Of a DNA stretch of 64,000 nucleotides, positions 11,825-23,947 are shown piece after piece. Numbering within the stretch: position 1 is the first letter of the stretch; the number at the start of each line of letters is the position of its first letter. Source of the stretch: Histomonas meleagridis 2922-C6/04-290x (taxonomy: Eukaryota; Protista; Parabasalia); the NCBI GenBank assembly GCA_020184695.1, contig JAANOX010000061.1, positions 310,001-374,000 of the forward strand, read 5' to 3'. The translations under genes and the position numbers were made by a program. The notes beneath the pieces were generated by a model. It was given only the letters and a program-made list of their open reading frames with translations, had not been told where the DNA came from and did not search any database.

Positions 11825-13142
11825 TTAGTTGTTAATACTTTTTTGTTTCTTTGCTTCTTTTCCTTTCATCAATAACAAAATCAATGTCAGTAAAGTAACC
11901 AACGAAATGAACACATTTGCAACCTTAAATATTACTATCACGTCAGCATCTTTTAATAACATCAAAATTATCGAAACACATGCAGAAGTTGGTACTCTCA
12001 ATAATCCCAAGATATAACCACGCACATCTTTAGGGTAAGTATTAGCTCGAAGTATACGCATGAAAGTTCCTGCGCCCCCATCACTTATCGCAGCGATTAC
12101 ATAACATGTGAAAACAACATTTTTATTATCGAAAAAAATCACAATTCCATACATACAAAACGTATAAAAAAGATAACAAATAAATAAAACATTTTTCTGT
12201 GAAAAACATGTTTGAAAAAAAGCGCCGAATATCTGTGCTCCATTCATAAGCGCTAAACTACTTGTAGTATTCATTTGTGACAACGGAAGTTTTTCCTTTT
12301 TATCAACTTGATGAATTCGTAACCAACGCGGTGTATATAATAAAACAAATGTATTATAAAGAAAATCAATAAGTAAAAACAAGCGTCAATTCTTTCGATT
12401 GTTGGATATGATGGAAAATAAGTTTAACCGCTTGTAAGTAACTTTGTTTACGTGTTTTGATTTCTTTGTTTTTAGTTTCAGGTAAAAAGAAATAAATTAT
12501 TATCGAAGAAATGAAAAACATTAACGAACTGATGAAAAAGACGCCTGATGTGCCATAATGCTTGGTGATGGATGTGGACATTGGTGTACATAAAAGAGTA
12601 AGAATTAACTTGATTAAAGCCGAGTTTTCTTGAATGGTGATTTGGGAATTTTCGGGTGCTTCCTTGTTTTGGAGTTGTTGAATAAGCCAATCTTCAAAAA
12701 CAACTTTGTTGGATGCAGTCGAAACGCCCATAAGAGCAGAAGCAAAAACAAATTTCCAAAAACCCCCAATGCTTCGAAGCAACGCATGAAAGCCAAGAAA
12801 AATGGCTGAAATTATAATCAGCCTTTTGTGACCAAGAAGCTCAGTGAAATGGCCCACAAGAAATCCCCACATTGATGATATAATATTAAATGTTGACATC
12901 ACAATGCTAATTTGAGAACTCTTGAGACCACAATCTAAGTACCTTTGATATACATATGGACCTTGAAATGTGAGTCCAAGAAGAAAAGAATAGTAACAAA
13001 CAAAATATCTGATCTGGAAATTATTGAGCCATGTTGATTTTTGCCTTTTAGATTTAAACCATTTAACTAACTTGAAAATAACAGCAATCGAGGATGATGT
13101 GAGAAAGGCATAAAACACAACATTTGGGTTCAATGGAATCAT
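11825..13142 (-). CDS. MFS transporter, MFSD5/MOT2 (molybdate-anion transporter)-like; one frameshift near 12375
   Basis: FQGPYVYQRY and KVVFEDWL resemble MFSD5 motifs; RVP near the C-terminus. It has one extra A (GTAAAAAC at ~12375) versus the copy near 32205 (GTAAAAC), which explains the split ORFs. Confidence 0.78.
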
Positions 13143-13269
13143 TTTGAAATTCTCTTCATTTAATTTTCAATTTCTGTTGTTATTTGGTCGATATCACTTC
13201 ACTTTGACCAAACAATTTTGGGGCACCTTATTTTCGATTTTGGGGTACCCTATTTATCGATTTTAACGA

Positions 13270-13638
13270 ATGATAGGCTCAGCATGGGAAGCTTCAATAA
13301 TTCCTAATCAAAAGTTTAAAATCCCCACATGTGATCGTGGTTATGTTACAGTTTCGAATGCCTGTATTTCAGATTTTGATAATGAATTTTTAAAAAATCC
13401 TTCCCGACTTTTGGCTCATATGAAGAGATCAAATAATCAAATAGAAACATTTGTAGTAGCTACATTGATTCCATTTGAAATGGAACATTCTGTAACATCT
13501 CTAAAAATATCACCATTTGAAAGCTGCGAACTTGAAATAAAAGGACCGCACAAAGTCGACGTTATTGGATACACAACGGTTCTACCATTTGAAGAAGAAG
13601 AAAGCAAATCAGAGGAAGAGGAAGAAGAAGAAAAATAA
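13270..13638 (+). CDS. Nucleoplasmin-like (NPL) domain protein with acidic tail
   Basis: VTVSNACI..FVVATLIP..LKISP..LEIKGPHKVDVIGY followed by poly-E, typical of HD-tuin/FKBP NPL domains. Confidence 0.68.
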   Translation: MIGSAWEASIIPNQKFKIPTCDRGYVTVSNACISDFDNEFLKNPSRLLAHMKRSNNQIETFVVATLIPFEMEHSVTSLKISPFESCELEIKGPHKVDVIGYTTVLPFEEEESKSEEEEEEEK

Positions 13639-13882
13639 AAAAGGTTAAGATAATTAACTCACAAACTCGTTTGACGCTGACTTAAAAATGTTATTAAATA
13701 AGGTAAATCCGAATTTTGATATCTTGTTCATCGGAATAAGGTTAACTTATAAAAATTATATTCAAATAATTTTTTCTAAATATATAGTATCATAGATTTT
13801 TGTAAATAGAATCACAATGATGAATTCACAGTAGGAAAATTTATATAAATTGCTTAAGTAAAACAAAAAGATTAAAATTTTA

Positions 13883-14760
13883 TTAGTTGTTAATACTTTT
13901 TTGTTTCTTTGCTTCTTTTCCTTTCATCAATAACAAAATCAATGTCAGTAAAGTAACCAACGAAATGAACACATTTGCAACCTTAAATATTACTATCACG
14001 TCAGCATCTTTTAATAACATCAAAATTATCGAAACACATGCAGAAGTTGGTACTCTCAATAATCCCAAGATATAACCACGCACATCTTTAGGGTAAGTAT
14101 TAGCTCGAAGTATACGCATGAAAGTTCCTGCGCCCCCATCACTTATCGCAGCGATTACATAACATGTGAAAACAACATTTTTATTATCGAAAAAAATCAC
14201 AATTCCATACATACAAAACGTATAAAAAAGATAACAAATAAATAAAACATTTTTTTCTGTGAAAAACATGTTTTGAAAAAGCGTCCCGAATATCTTTGCT
14301 CCATTCTTAAGCGCTAAACTACTTGTAGTATTCATTTGTGACAACGGAAGTTTTTCCTTTTTATCAACTTGATGAATTCGTAACCAACGCGGTGTTTATT
14401 ATAAAAACAAATGTATTATAAAGAAAAATCAATAAGTAAAACAAGCGTCAGTTCTGTCGATTGTTGGATATGATGGAAAATAAGTTTAACCGCTTGTAAG
14501 TAACTTTGTTTACGTGTTTTGATTTCTTTGTTTTTAGTTTCAGGTAAAAAGAATTAAATTATTAAAAAAAAAAAAAAAAACATACATGTTGGCATCACAA
14601 CGCTAATTTGAGAACTCTTGAAACCAAATCTAAGTATCTTTGATATACATATGAACCTTGAAATGTAAATCCAAGAATAGTAACAAACAAAATGTCGGAT
14701 CTGGAAATTATTGAGCTATGTTGATTTTTGCCTTTTAGATTTAAACCACTTAACTAACTT
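13883..14760 (-). pseudogene. Truncated, internally deleted MFSD5-like copy
   Basis: Same 3' coding region as 11825-12380; ~370-bp internal deletion and loss of the 5' end; several homopolymer indels. Confidence 0.85.
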
Positions 14761-15134
14761 CATGATAAATAATTTTTATTATTCCAGAAATAATCTCATA
14801 TACTACCAAACTCATGAGTACTTATATGACTTTACGTTTTTATCTCTTTCTTTCTCAATTTTTTAGTCTTCGACAATACATTATAACAAACTCACTAAAA
14901 ATAATTAAAGCTATAAGAGTGTTCCAATAGTTACTATGGTGAGAATTAAAATATATCTTTGCTTGTCATTATTCTAGATGTTTTTGTGAAATTTTTTTGA
15001 TATCTTAGGATTTGATTTTGTTTTGAAGAAAAATAAAACCAAAATCAGAATATGAAAAATGTAAACTGCTTAAAAATGATCTTTCAGGAGTACGATACAT
15101 ATCGTTTATTTGAAATCAAAAAAGTTACATTTTA

Positions 15135-15600
15135 ATGACTGAAAGCACACAAACACTTGAATCAGAAAATGAAGCGAATAATACATCAATTAATAACCAA
15201 TCTGTACATATGCAAAATTTGATTTCTTTAGAACAGGTTATATTTAATCTTACAGAAAAAAACCTTGAAATTTCTGTTGCAAAAACAATGAATTTATTTG
15301 ATAAAGATTTTCCTTTTACATTTAATTATTGTATAATTGTTTTAATTTATTCAGCATTTTCATCTCAAAGAGAATCAATCCAAACATATTTCAATTTTTT
15401 CAAGAAATTTAAACACAAGAAGAAGCAATTGTTCACAACAATCCAAAAATTATTGAAATTTTTACTAATTATATATCAGAATTTAATACACAAGAGACAT
15501 ATTATATCATTGAAAAAATGATTGAAAATGAATTAATTAATATAAATATTACCAATAACTTTCATACCAATTATTTTTCACATTATAAAACTGAAGAAGA
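15135..15600 (+). pseudogene. Truncated DUF3447-family ankyrin gene head
   Basis: LEQVIFNLTEKNLEISVAKTMNLFDKDFPFTFNYCIIVLIYSAF aligns with the heads at 29661-30878 and 39769-41079; frameshifted and truncated at 15600. Confidence 0.75.
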
Positions 15601-16283
15601 TTCTCTCTATTCATTTTAAGTTTCATTTTTTTATAATTGAATTGTTGTTAATCGTTTTGTATTCAATACATTCGGAAACGTACCATAAGTTTAATCAAAA
15701 TATCACACATTGCGTATAAACACATAAATAAATAATATTATATTTAATATAAGTATATTTTAGAATACCAATTAAAATGATGAAATATTGTATTTTTAAT
15801 AAATATTTTTAACAGATCATGTAATCCTAAAAAATGTGATAGAGAGATTCTTCAACTTTTTAATTTAAAGCGAAATTGATTATCTATCATAAAAAATTAA
15901 AATTAAAATTCTTTAGTATTTAACAAAGAGCATTATTTTTAAATGTTTACAAATTAAAATTATAAATGTGTATTTGACTTTTTCACAAAACAATATTTTT
16001 CGGTGGCGACCGTTTGGAGTACAAACTTAAATGCTACTTTGTTGAAGTAATAAAAAATGATTTTGTGCCAATAAATTTTTTTTATATTAGAGCTATACGC
16101 ATGTGCTTAAACTTATATTTAATAAAACTTTATCAACCAAAATGAGGTGTCTTAACATATTAAATCGATTCGTAAGTTGATTTAATGGAGCTTCAAGTCT
16201 TGGACAAATCAACCGTTATATCCTTAGAAATTTCCCGGTTTTCTGTACGTTAATATCAGTACGTTTAACATTCATTTTCTTTC

Positions 16284-16865
16284 ATGGATTGCCTTCTTTT
16301 AGCAGAAAAGTTAGCTTCTAAGAATAACACCAAGCATACATCAATTGCACCAACTCCAAAAACAAGAATTGCACCAAAGAAACCTACCCAAACAAGAAAA
16401 AACAAAGAAAATGTAAATTCCAATAACCAAACTTCTGTTATTATGAAACCTATGATACGTCTTGATGAAATGAAACATGATTACATTCCGCCATTTACTC
16501 GTATTTTTACGGATAAAAATCTTTACCATTATTTTAAAAGATACATTGAGGAAAAGAAATTGTCTTCTATCCTCAAATTTTTAGAGACAGTTAAAAAATT
16601 CAAGGATCAATTCTATTCACATGAAGAACGTCGTTATTCACGTCATCAAAAAATTATTCAAAGACTTCAAAATTTACCAAAAGAATACCTTAAATCTGTT
16701 CCAGTAGAATCCCTCCAAAAACAAACAGCAATTACGCCGAGCTTTTTTGATAGATGCGTCGATAATGTTATGAAAGTCCTCCAAGAAAGAGAATTTGCAT
16801 CATTTATTGATTCTGATCATTACATTAAATGGACATTGAAGTACCATAACACAGAAATATATTAA
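16284..16865 (+). CDS. RGS-domain-containing protein
   Basis: FTRIFTDKNLYHYFKRYIEEKKLSSILKFLETVKKF ... FDRCVDNVMKVLQEREFASFIDSDHY fits the RGS helical pattern. Confidence 0.7.
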   Translation: MDCLLLAEKLASKNNTKHTSIAPTPKTRIAPKKPTQTRKNKENVNSNNQTSVIMKPMIRLDEMKHDYIPPFTRIFTDKNLYHYFKRYIEEKKLSSILKFLETVKKFKDQFYSHEERRYSRHQKIIQRLQNLPKEYLKSVPVESLQKQTAITPSFFDRCVDNVMKVLQEREFASFIDSDHYIKWTLKYHNTEIY

Positions 16866-16988
16866 AAATCATTATTTCTTTGTTGAATATATATATTTTT
16901 TATTTGAGTGTGCAAAATTTTGTATTGGAGCATTTTTGGGGCGGCCCAAAATCGGTTTGAGATAAATGGTTTTGACGGCCATTTCAAA

Positions 16989-18161
16989 ATGAGCGATGAA
17001 ACCGAAATTATCAAAGAACAAATTAATATTGCAAGAAAAAAGAGTGGAATACCGGATACTCCAATCAAAGATCTTGCTTTTGTTCTTCAAACCGAAATTC
17101 CACAATACATTGATAAATTAAATCCAAAAGAATTTTACCAATGGTTTTGTCCTGTATGGCAAGCTTATGAGTACATGTATGAGAGTTCATCTACATCTTC
17201 AGATAAATATGTTGTCAGTGAATCAGAATGGTCCATTCTTGTTGGTAAAATAGCCAGTGCTTTAACAGAGCGCAAAGATGAATCAATTGAATTTACCCAT
17301 CCAAGCCTCAGAGCTATGTGCATGTCTTTCATGATGTCTTCCTTAACAAATCATCTTGAAGCACAAGCATATGCACTTCGTATGCTTCTTCTTTTTGCTA
17401 TTCGCTCTAACCTTGCTAAGAATTCTGATTTTGTTCATTGGCTTCTTCAATTCATGAAACGTCATATTGAAAATACAATCACAATTAAGCAAAACAGAGA
17501 ACTTTTCATTGATACATGCGTTGACTTCTTTGAGTCTGTTCCAGTTTTCGATTCACTTTGTGTTATTTCTATTCTTCATTTCTATCGCAGTCCAATATTC
17601 GAAAAACATCTTAAAAAATCCAACGCCAAAAATGAAGCTTTATCTAATGTAGCCACCAAAGCCTTCAATGTAACACTTTGCGATGACTCCTTTTTTGTTT
17701 TTGAAGTTATGCGCGATACAAAATTAATATATGATTATCTAAATCAACAGCAAAAAGATTTGCTCCAAATTTTCGTTGATGGAAACTTACAACAATATGA
17801 TAAGTTCATTGAGGTTAACAAAGATTTTATTTCCAAAAATAATTTGGACCAATCAAAATTGCGAACAAAGATTATGGTTCTAACATTTGTCAGCATTGCT
17901 GAGGATAAAACAGAAGTTGGTTTCAAGGAGATCATGGATCAGCTCCAGATCAGCTCATTAGAATTGAAGAAGTTGGCCATACACATAAACTCTACAGGAG
18001 TCGCTTCGGTTAAAATAGATTCGGCTTCGCAAAAGATTTTAGTGGAACAGTCACCTTCGAGATTGTTTGGTGAAAAGAATTGGAAAGAAATGAGTCAACA
18101 AATTTCTGCACTTATTGCTTCATTAGAGAAAGAAGCAAATTCTATTGACAAAAATGAATAA
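16989..18161 (+). CDS. EIF3M: PCI-domain protein, probably eIF3 subunit M (start MSDET)
   Basis: C-terminal PCI domain KIMVLTFVSIA..VKIDSASQKILVEQSPSRLFGEKNWKEM resembles eIF3m; ATG at 16989 preceded by TTTCAAA. Confidence 0.7.
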   Translation: MSDETEIIKEQINIARKKSGIPDTPIKDLAFVLQTEIPQYIDKLNPKEFYQWFCPVWQAYEYMYESSSTSSDKYVVSESEWSILVGKIASALTERKDESIEFTHPSLRAMCMSFMMSSLTNHLEAQAYALRMLLLFAIRSNLAKNSDFVHWLLQFMKRHIENTITIKQNRELFIDTCVDFFESVPVFDSLCVISILHFYRSPIFEKHLKKSNAKNEALSNVATKAFNVTLCDDSFFVFEVMRDTKLIYDYLNQQQKDLLQIFVDGNLQQYDKFIEVNKDFISKNNLDQSKLRTKIMVLTFVSIAEDKTEVGFKEIMDQLQISSLELKKLAIHINSTGVASVKIDSASQKILVEQSPSRLFGEKNWKEMSQQISALIASLEKEANSIDKNE

Positions 18162-18861
18162 AAACTAATTTTTTAAAGATTGACATTTTCTAATTTTGAA
18201 ATTTCTCAAAAAAATTTATTGGATTAAATTACAAAAATAACACAAAAATGTTGATCTGATTCTTCTTTTCTTTTTGAATTCTACAATTTTCATTAAAAGA
18301 AAATTTTCAAAAAAATCTTATTCCAAAGTTAAGAATTACCATACATAAAACTGATTTTATCTTAGTGTGCTTATTACCATAGAAATGATTGTGAACAGAT
18401 TTTTTACTTAGCCCCAAATGATGCCACTTATTAGAACAATTACATTAAGAATCAGTAGCGGGAATTTAAGTGTGCTCTGTACCCCATATATTACATGTGC
18501 GATCTTCGATTTTACTGAACTTTGAGGAGATTCTGGAGAATAATTTAAACCAACTGAAGATTAAAATAAAAACATACAATTCATGAGAAACCTTTCTTGG
18601 TTCAGAATGCATATAGCATTTGCAAAAAGAATCAAGCCATAAATTAATGAAAACTGGAGTTAAAAAGAAAGCATACTAGACCCATGTTTAATATGTTGCC
18701 ACTTTTAGATTTCTGTGAGTTACACAATAATTTTGATTTGTGTGAAAAATAGATTTTACTTGAATTAGTTCCAACGAATATAGATATAAATATATTTTTA
18801 TTTATTATCATAATAAAAATAACAAATTTAATTATAGTGTGTGAAAGTAACATCGCAATGC

Positions 18862-20815
18862 TTAACCAACTTGGTCACTATTAATTTGCTCGCCATTTTG
18901 AGCATTTGTTTGACCATAGTCAACTTGTTCAGTAGATGGAGCATAATTAACTTGATCACTAACTTGAGCATTTGTTTGACCATAGTCAACTTGTTCGATA
19001 TCTTGTTGGCCATAATTAGCCTGCTCAGTATCACCTAGGGCATAAGGTTGCCGAGCATAAATGGCTTGGGAACCATTCGTAGGATTGTTAAATTGAGCGT
19101 TGTTTGGTGGCATAAATAGGTTGAGAGCCAGCGGCGGGAAATTGATATTGGCTTTCTATTTATATCATGTTTCTCTTCGATGGAATTAAAGTTTGGCGGA
19201 GGTAAACCATTAAACTGGATATTGGGTGTAGAATGTTTTTGCTGGAATTGCTTATTAATTTCGATAATATTCATTGCAATTTTTCTAAATGGCTGTTGAG
19301 TTGAATGTCATCAATATATTTATTTGCATGTGAATCATTATCTTGTTCAAAATCTTGTTCAATATCTTGATCATCAGTTTGGTCATTATCTTGTTCAATA
19401 TCATCATTTTCATTTGGATTAGCATTATCTTGATTTTGAGCTACAACGTGCGTGTCGATTAAGAAATTTCCTGTTGCTTGTGACTTTTGTGGTTTTCCTA
19501 ACATCTTTAACAAGCAATCAGATATGTTATATCTGGCTTCTTGGTTTAAACTATTCATACTTTCATAATAAAAAAATGATTCCATTTCTTTTTCTTCTTT
19601 GTTTGTGTCAGAATATAAAAGTTCTTCCCAAATAAATGGAGCACCACATGTTGGACATTTTGCACTGCCTGTATTTTCAATATGTTCAATAATTGCTTTC
19701 AAATCAAACCTACAACCAATGCATCTTTTTGTATAGACGTAGTTTCTGAGTTGAACATCAGCACTTTCAGGGATTTTATTTTCTGCTTTTAGAGTGTCAA
19801 AAACAATATCAATCGGTTTTCTTTGCGCAAAAGTAATTACAAACCAGCAAAGCTTTGATACAAGTAAAGGGCCAATTCGAATAATAGCCCGTTTAATTTT
19901 TGAGCCAAACGGTTTCACAACGTAATAATAAACGTTCTCCTCGCCAAAAGTGACACATTCGACGTCTTGGGAACCAACTATAATAGGTTCGTGAGGTGTA
20001 TCATTGCAGGGTATAAATGAACCTATTGCCATGACATCTTCTGTTTGAAAGCCTTTGGGAATTTGGATTTCAAAACCTTGATGTTCAGTATGATACGGTG
20101 TGAACCGATAAATTATTGTTTTACTGGTGTTGAAAATAACTGGAACCCGAGGGTGAAGAAGTATTTGATAGAGCTCGCCTTCACCACAAAATTCTTCAAC
20201 TAAATAGAGAAAAAAATTATAACTATTGTCGTTAGACTTTATAAAACTAGTTGCAATTGATATGAAAGTGGATATCCTATCATTTTCATGAAGTTTAGAT
20301 GGAGTTTCAAATATTGATAAAAAGAAATCAAGTTTATCTTTTGGAATCTTTTCGATAGCTTCTCGAACCTCAGTTGTTCTATCTTCAATTTGTGGTGGGG
20401 ATGGCACGTAATCTTTGATTTTAGGTTTAGGAATTGTTGGGGTTTTTTTATTTTTGCTTTTTGGTTTCCTTCCACGCCTTCGAGGAGTAGGAGTTTGGGA
20501 ATCTAGTATTGGCATTACAGGCACAATGAATTCTGAAGGTTGAACTTGAAGTGGATCAAGTTGAACTTCAATTTGATCAACTTGTTGGTTTTCAAGTTGG
20601 CTTTCAGTTATATTAACATTTTGGCTTTCAAGTTGATTTTGTGTTTGGTCTATTGAATAATAAGAAAATGTTGTCAAACCATAATCTTGTTGTTCTGAAT
20701 CTGATGAATTATCTTTTTCGCCTAGCCCCATTGGATCAAATGGGTGCATATTAAAATCATCATTGTGGTCTGAAAAATCGGAAAAATGTCCTTTCATTTT
20801 GGCGGAATCGATCAA
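18862..20815 (-). CDS. Hypothetical nuclear protein with AT-hook-like motif and SP-RING/MIZ-like finger; probable frameshifted C-terminal extension with EQVDYGQTNAQ repeats
   Basis: PRRRGRKPK; CIGCRFDLKAII..KCPTCGAPF. One more A in the run near 19285 would fuse 19271-20815 to 19035-19274. Tandem repeats at ~18900-19020. Confidence 0.5.
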
Positions 20816-21098
20816 TTTTAATTGAATTTATATATCGATATATAACACAGATGGACTTTAAGCGGCCGTTTAAATAAAGGAGCTTCGAAAGCTCAAAAGG
20901 GACATAAAAACAAGGAAAATATTACAAAAATTAACTACTAAAGGAAGGAATTGTAAAATGCCTTTCGTATAATTTTCTGAAATCTTGAATAATTCGATCA
21001 AATTACGTATATTTTCTTACAAGTTCCCGACAGAGAAATTTTGTTTAAGGTCGAAGTGAAAAATCAAACACTACATTGAAAGAATTTTAGGTATAAAT

Positions 21099-21710
21099 TC
21101 AATTACAACATTTTTTCTCCTTCTGTTGACTTTGTCTCTCTGCAATCTCTATCTTAGGAATATCTTGTTCGTTAGGTACTCCTTTCGCGAGAATCCTTGC
21201 AATTTCAATAAATAATTGTTCAATATTTTCTCCCGTTAATGCTGACGTTTCTTTAAATATGCGCAGCCCATGGCTGTTTGCATACTTAACCACATTTTCA
21301 TATGAAACAGCGCGCATTTGTGAAAGATCCGATTTATTTCCTGCTAAACAGATTACTATGTTTTCTGGCCCTTTCTCCCGCAATTCTTTGAGCCAAGTTT
21401 CGACGTCAGAAAAAGATTCTGAAGATGTGATGTCGTATACAATTATTGCTGCATCTGCATTTTGAAAATACATAGGGGCCATTGCTCTATATCTTTCAGA
21501 CCCACCAGTATCCCATATTTGAAATTTTATTTGCATATCATCAACAGGGATTGTTTTTGATAGAAATGCTGTGCCTATTGTTGATGTTGACTGTCCATTG
21601 AAAATTTCTTTTGTCAAACGGGTTACAATGGATGTTTTCCCGACAGTGGTGGAGCCAAGCATTACTAACTTGACTTCCTTGATCTGACTCATTTCGCTGC
21701 TCAGCAGCAT
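21099..21710 (-). CDS. Rab GTPase, Rab5-like
   Basis: GSTTVGKT P-loop, WDTGGSE, YRAMAPMY, NKSD, ETSA, C-terminal CCN prenylation motif. Confidence 0.95.
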   Translation of the reverse strand: MLLSSEMSQIKEVKLVMLGSTTVGKTSIVTRLTKEIFNGQSTSTIGTAFLSKTIPVDDMQIKFQIWDTGGSERYRAMAPMYFQNADAAIIVYDITSSESFSDVETWLKELREKGPENIVICLAGNKSDLSQMRAVSYENVVKYANSHGLRIFKETSALTGENIEQLFIEIARILAKGVPNEQDIPKIEIAERQSQQKEKKCCN

Positions 21711-21832
21711 TGAATGTCACTTTTTCGAAATTCAATGTCAAAAGCGGTTATGACTTCACGGTTTTCTGGCGCCAATTTCAGAAAAAAGAAAAATCAAATA
21801 CCAGATCAAAATTAACTGAAAAAGCATTTATT

Positions 21833-22381
21833 TCACTGTTGGAGAGAATAACCTTGTGGTATATTCTGTTGTGGATATGGAATTTGTTGTTGATATCCAA
21901 GGTTATGTTGTGCTTGAATTTGACCACTTTGATCACCTACTTGTGGAATTTGTTGGGTCTGCAAATAGTTTGGCATCAATCCTTGCTGATAGTATGCCAT
22001 CATAGGGTTATAAGCAAAAGAAGGATCAATTGTATTATATCCATTCTTTGTAAGAATTTCGTTCAATGCCTTCTTCCTCCTAGCTTTTCGGTACGTGTAA
22101 CCTGGATGATTCTTCTTAAAATCTTCTTGGAGTTGTTGTGCTTTTTGCTTATATTGAAGCTTTGTTTCGCTTGGTACTTCTTTCCACATTTTACCAAGGA
22201 TACGAGAAACTTCAATATTTGAGAGAGATGGGTTTTCTTGACGAACTGAATCTCTCATTGCTTGTGAATAGAGGATGAAAGCATTTGGTGGCCTTTTTGC
22301 ATTGTCATCACTTTCCACATTAGAATCATAGTTGCCAAAGGTTTGCTGTTGATTCCTGTTCATCTGATTCAGGTAATCCAT
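21833..22381 (-). CDS. HMG-box transcription factor (SOX/MATA-HMG-like) with Q-rich tail
   Basis: KRPPNAFILYSQ..ENPSLSNIEVSRILGKMWK..HPGYTYR. Confidence 0.92.
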   Translation of the reverse strand: MDYLNQMNRNQQQTFGNYDSNVESDDNAKRPPNAFILYSQAMRDSVRQENPSLSNIEVSRILGKMWKEVPSETKLQYKQKAQQLQEDFKKNHPGYTYRKARRKKALNEILTKNGYNTIDPSFAYNPMMAYYQQGLMPNYLQTQQIPQVGDQSGQIQAQHNLGYQQQIPYPQQNIPQGYSLQQ

Positions 22382-22467
22382 ATGAATTTTTGTTTTTGGC
22401 GCGGAAATTAACCGGTAAAATTTGTGCGGTTTATGGTAACAAAGTAAAATACGTTATTTTTTTGCCG

Positions 22468-22586
22468 CTTTAAAATATTTTGGGTAATCGTAACTGGCAT
22501 GTTCATACAGAAATACTTAAATTACTTCTTGAACTAGAAGGAATTGATGTTAATGATAAAAATATTTATTTGTTTTATTTAAAATT
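22468..22586 (+). pseudogene. Orphan ankyrin module fragment with the 5' part of a spacer
   Basis: HTEILKLLLELEGIDVNDKN followed by ATTTATTTGTTTTATTTAAAATT, as in array 1 spacers; no head domain nearby. Confidence 0.65.
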
Positions 22587-23033
22587 CTCTAGTTTATTGG
22601 GGCTGGTTTGTTTCCCCAAAATGTTATTTTACAACAATTCAATCCGTTCCTTGTGCTTCAAGTGAAGCTGTACATAAACTGATTCGGTTTTTGATTCCAT
22701 TGAAAATAACCGTATAATTTACCAAATAAGACTATCAATTTTGAAACGAAAACGATCGCAACTATCAATGATGAGGAAGAGCAAGAAAAAAAAATCTGAA
22801 TTCGTTGGCTATCATTTGGAAACAATATATAACTAATTAATTAGCACAACATACACGATTAGATCAGATAAAAAAAATAAATTTTAATTTTCTTTTGCTA
22901 CATTAATTAGCTATATATAGCTAGATGAAGTTCAAAATACCATATATGTTTGAATGCATTCTAATTGTATTAAATTAAAAAATAGAGATGATAATGTGGT
23001 ATATTTTAGGAGTCTAATCATTTTTTTTTTGAT

Positions 23034-23726
23034 GGGGAATCGTTTTTTGCTACAGACAAACCTTGTCAATTTTAGTAGCAAAAAAATTGTGTAAAAAAGG
23101 CGGGGAATTCCCCGGGTTTTTTGGAAATGTGATATAAAAAATTGTTCTGACCATTCATCACAAAGATTGAAGCAACAAATGTTGAATACCCCGGGGTGTT
23201 ATATATTTTCGTTTTTAGTCTCAACTTTCAGTGCAGCTCATTAAATCATTTGGTCTCTCTCATTTGTGATTTAGTACACCTAATTTATTAATATATATTT
23301 TATCATTTTATCCATCACATTTAGGCTTTCAATATACAAATATAGTTTCGTATCTCATTTAATCATTGCTATCTCATTTAATCATTTTTTGCATTTTTGT
23401 CTATTTTGTTTAATTTTTTAGTATTTTAAAAAAGTTTTTGTGTTTTTGAATCTTTAGTTATATGTTTGTGGTTTAACTTTCTAGGTTTATTTTTTCAGTT
23501 TTTGAATATAAATCCGATGATTTTTCATTCATTTGATTCTATCGTTGGAAATCTGCATCCAGTTTATTAAAAATATCCTTAAGCTTCTCATATCATAATT
23601 TTTCATCATAATCCGATGTTTTGCTCCATCTATTTTTTATCTAACTGTAATTACAGCAAAATGACATCAAATTTTTTTTTGCTACGAAAATTGACAAGGT
23701 TTGTCTGTAGCAAAAAACGATTGCCC
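23034..23726. mobile_element. 693-bp MITE-like non-autonomous DNA element with ~53-bp terminal inverted repeats
   Basis: 23034-23086 (GGGGAATCGTTTTTTGCTACAGACAAACCTTGTCAATTTTAGTAGCAAAAAAA) is the reverse complement of 23674-23726 with 2 mismatches; GAT on both flanks (possible 3-bp TSD); no substantial internal ORF. Confidence 0.8.
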
Positions 23727-23947
23727 GATTTATTCAATACCTTTATGGGATTTGCTAGGTTATTTTATTGATTTTTATTTTAAAATATTTTATTTCAAGA
23801 AAAATAAAGGTGGATCCACCTTGGATATATTAATTCTTTTATTTATAATTTTTTATCTGAATAATTTTTTTTACTTAAAGGCTTTAAAAGAAGATAAAAA
23901 TATTTAAATAGTTTATTCTTGTTAACGTTTTCAAGGCAACAAAGGGG

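Larger units (their letters stand above)
13815..15600. repeat. Segmental duplication copy B (deleted MFS gene + DUF3447 gene start)
   Basis: Near-identical to 31592-33363; its MFS part also matches 11757-12521 and 12890-13073. Confidence 0.9.
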
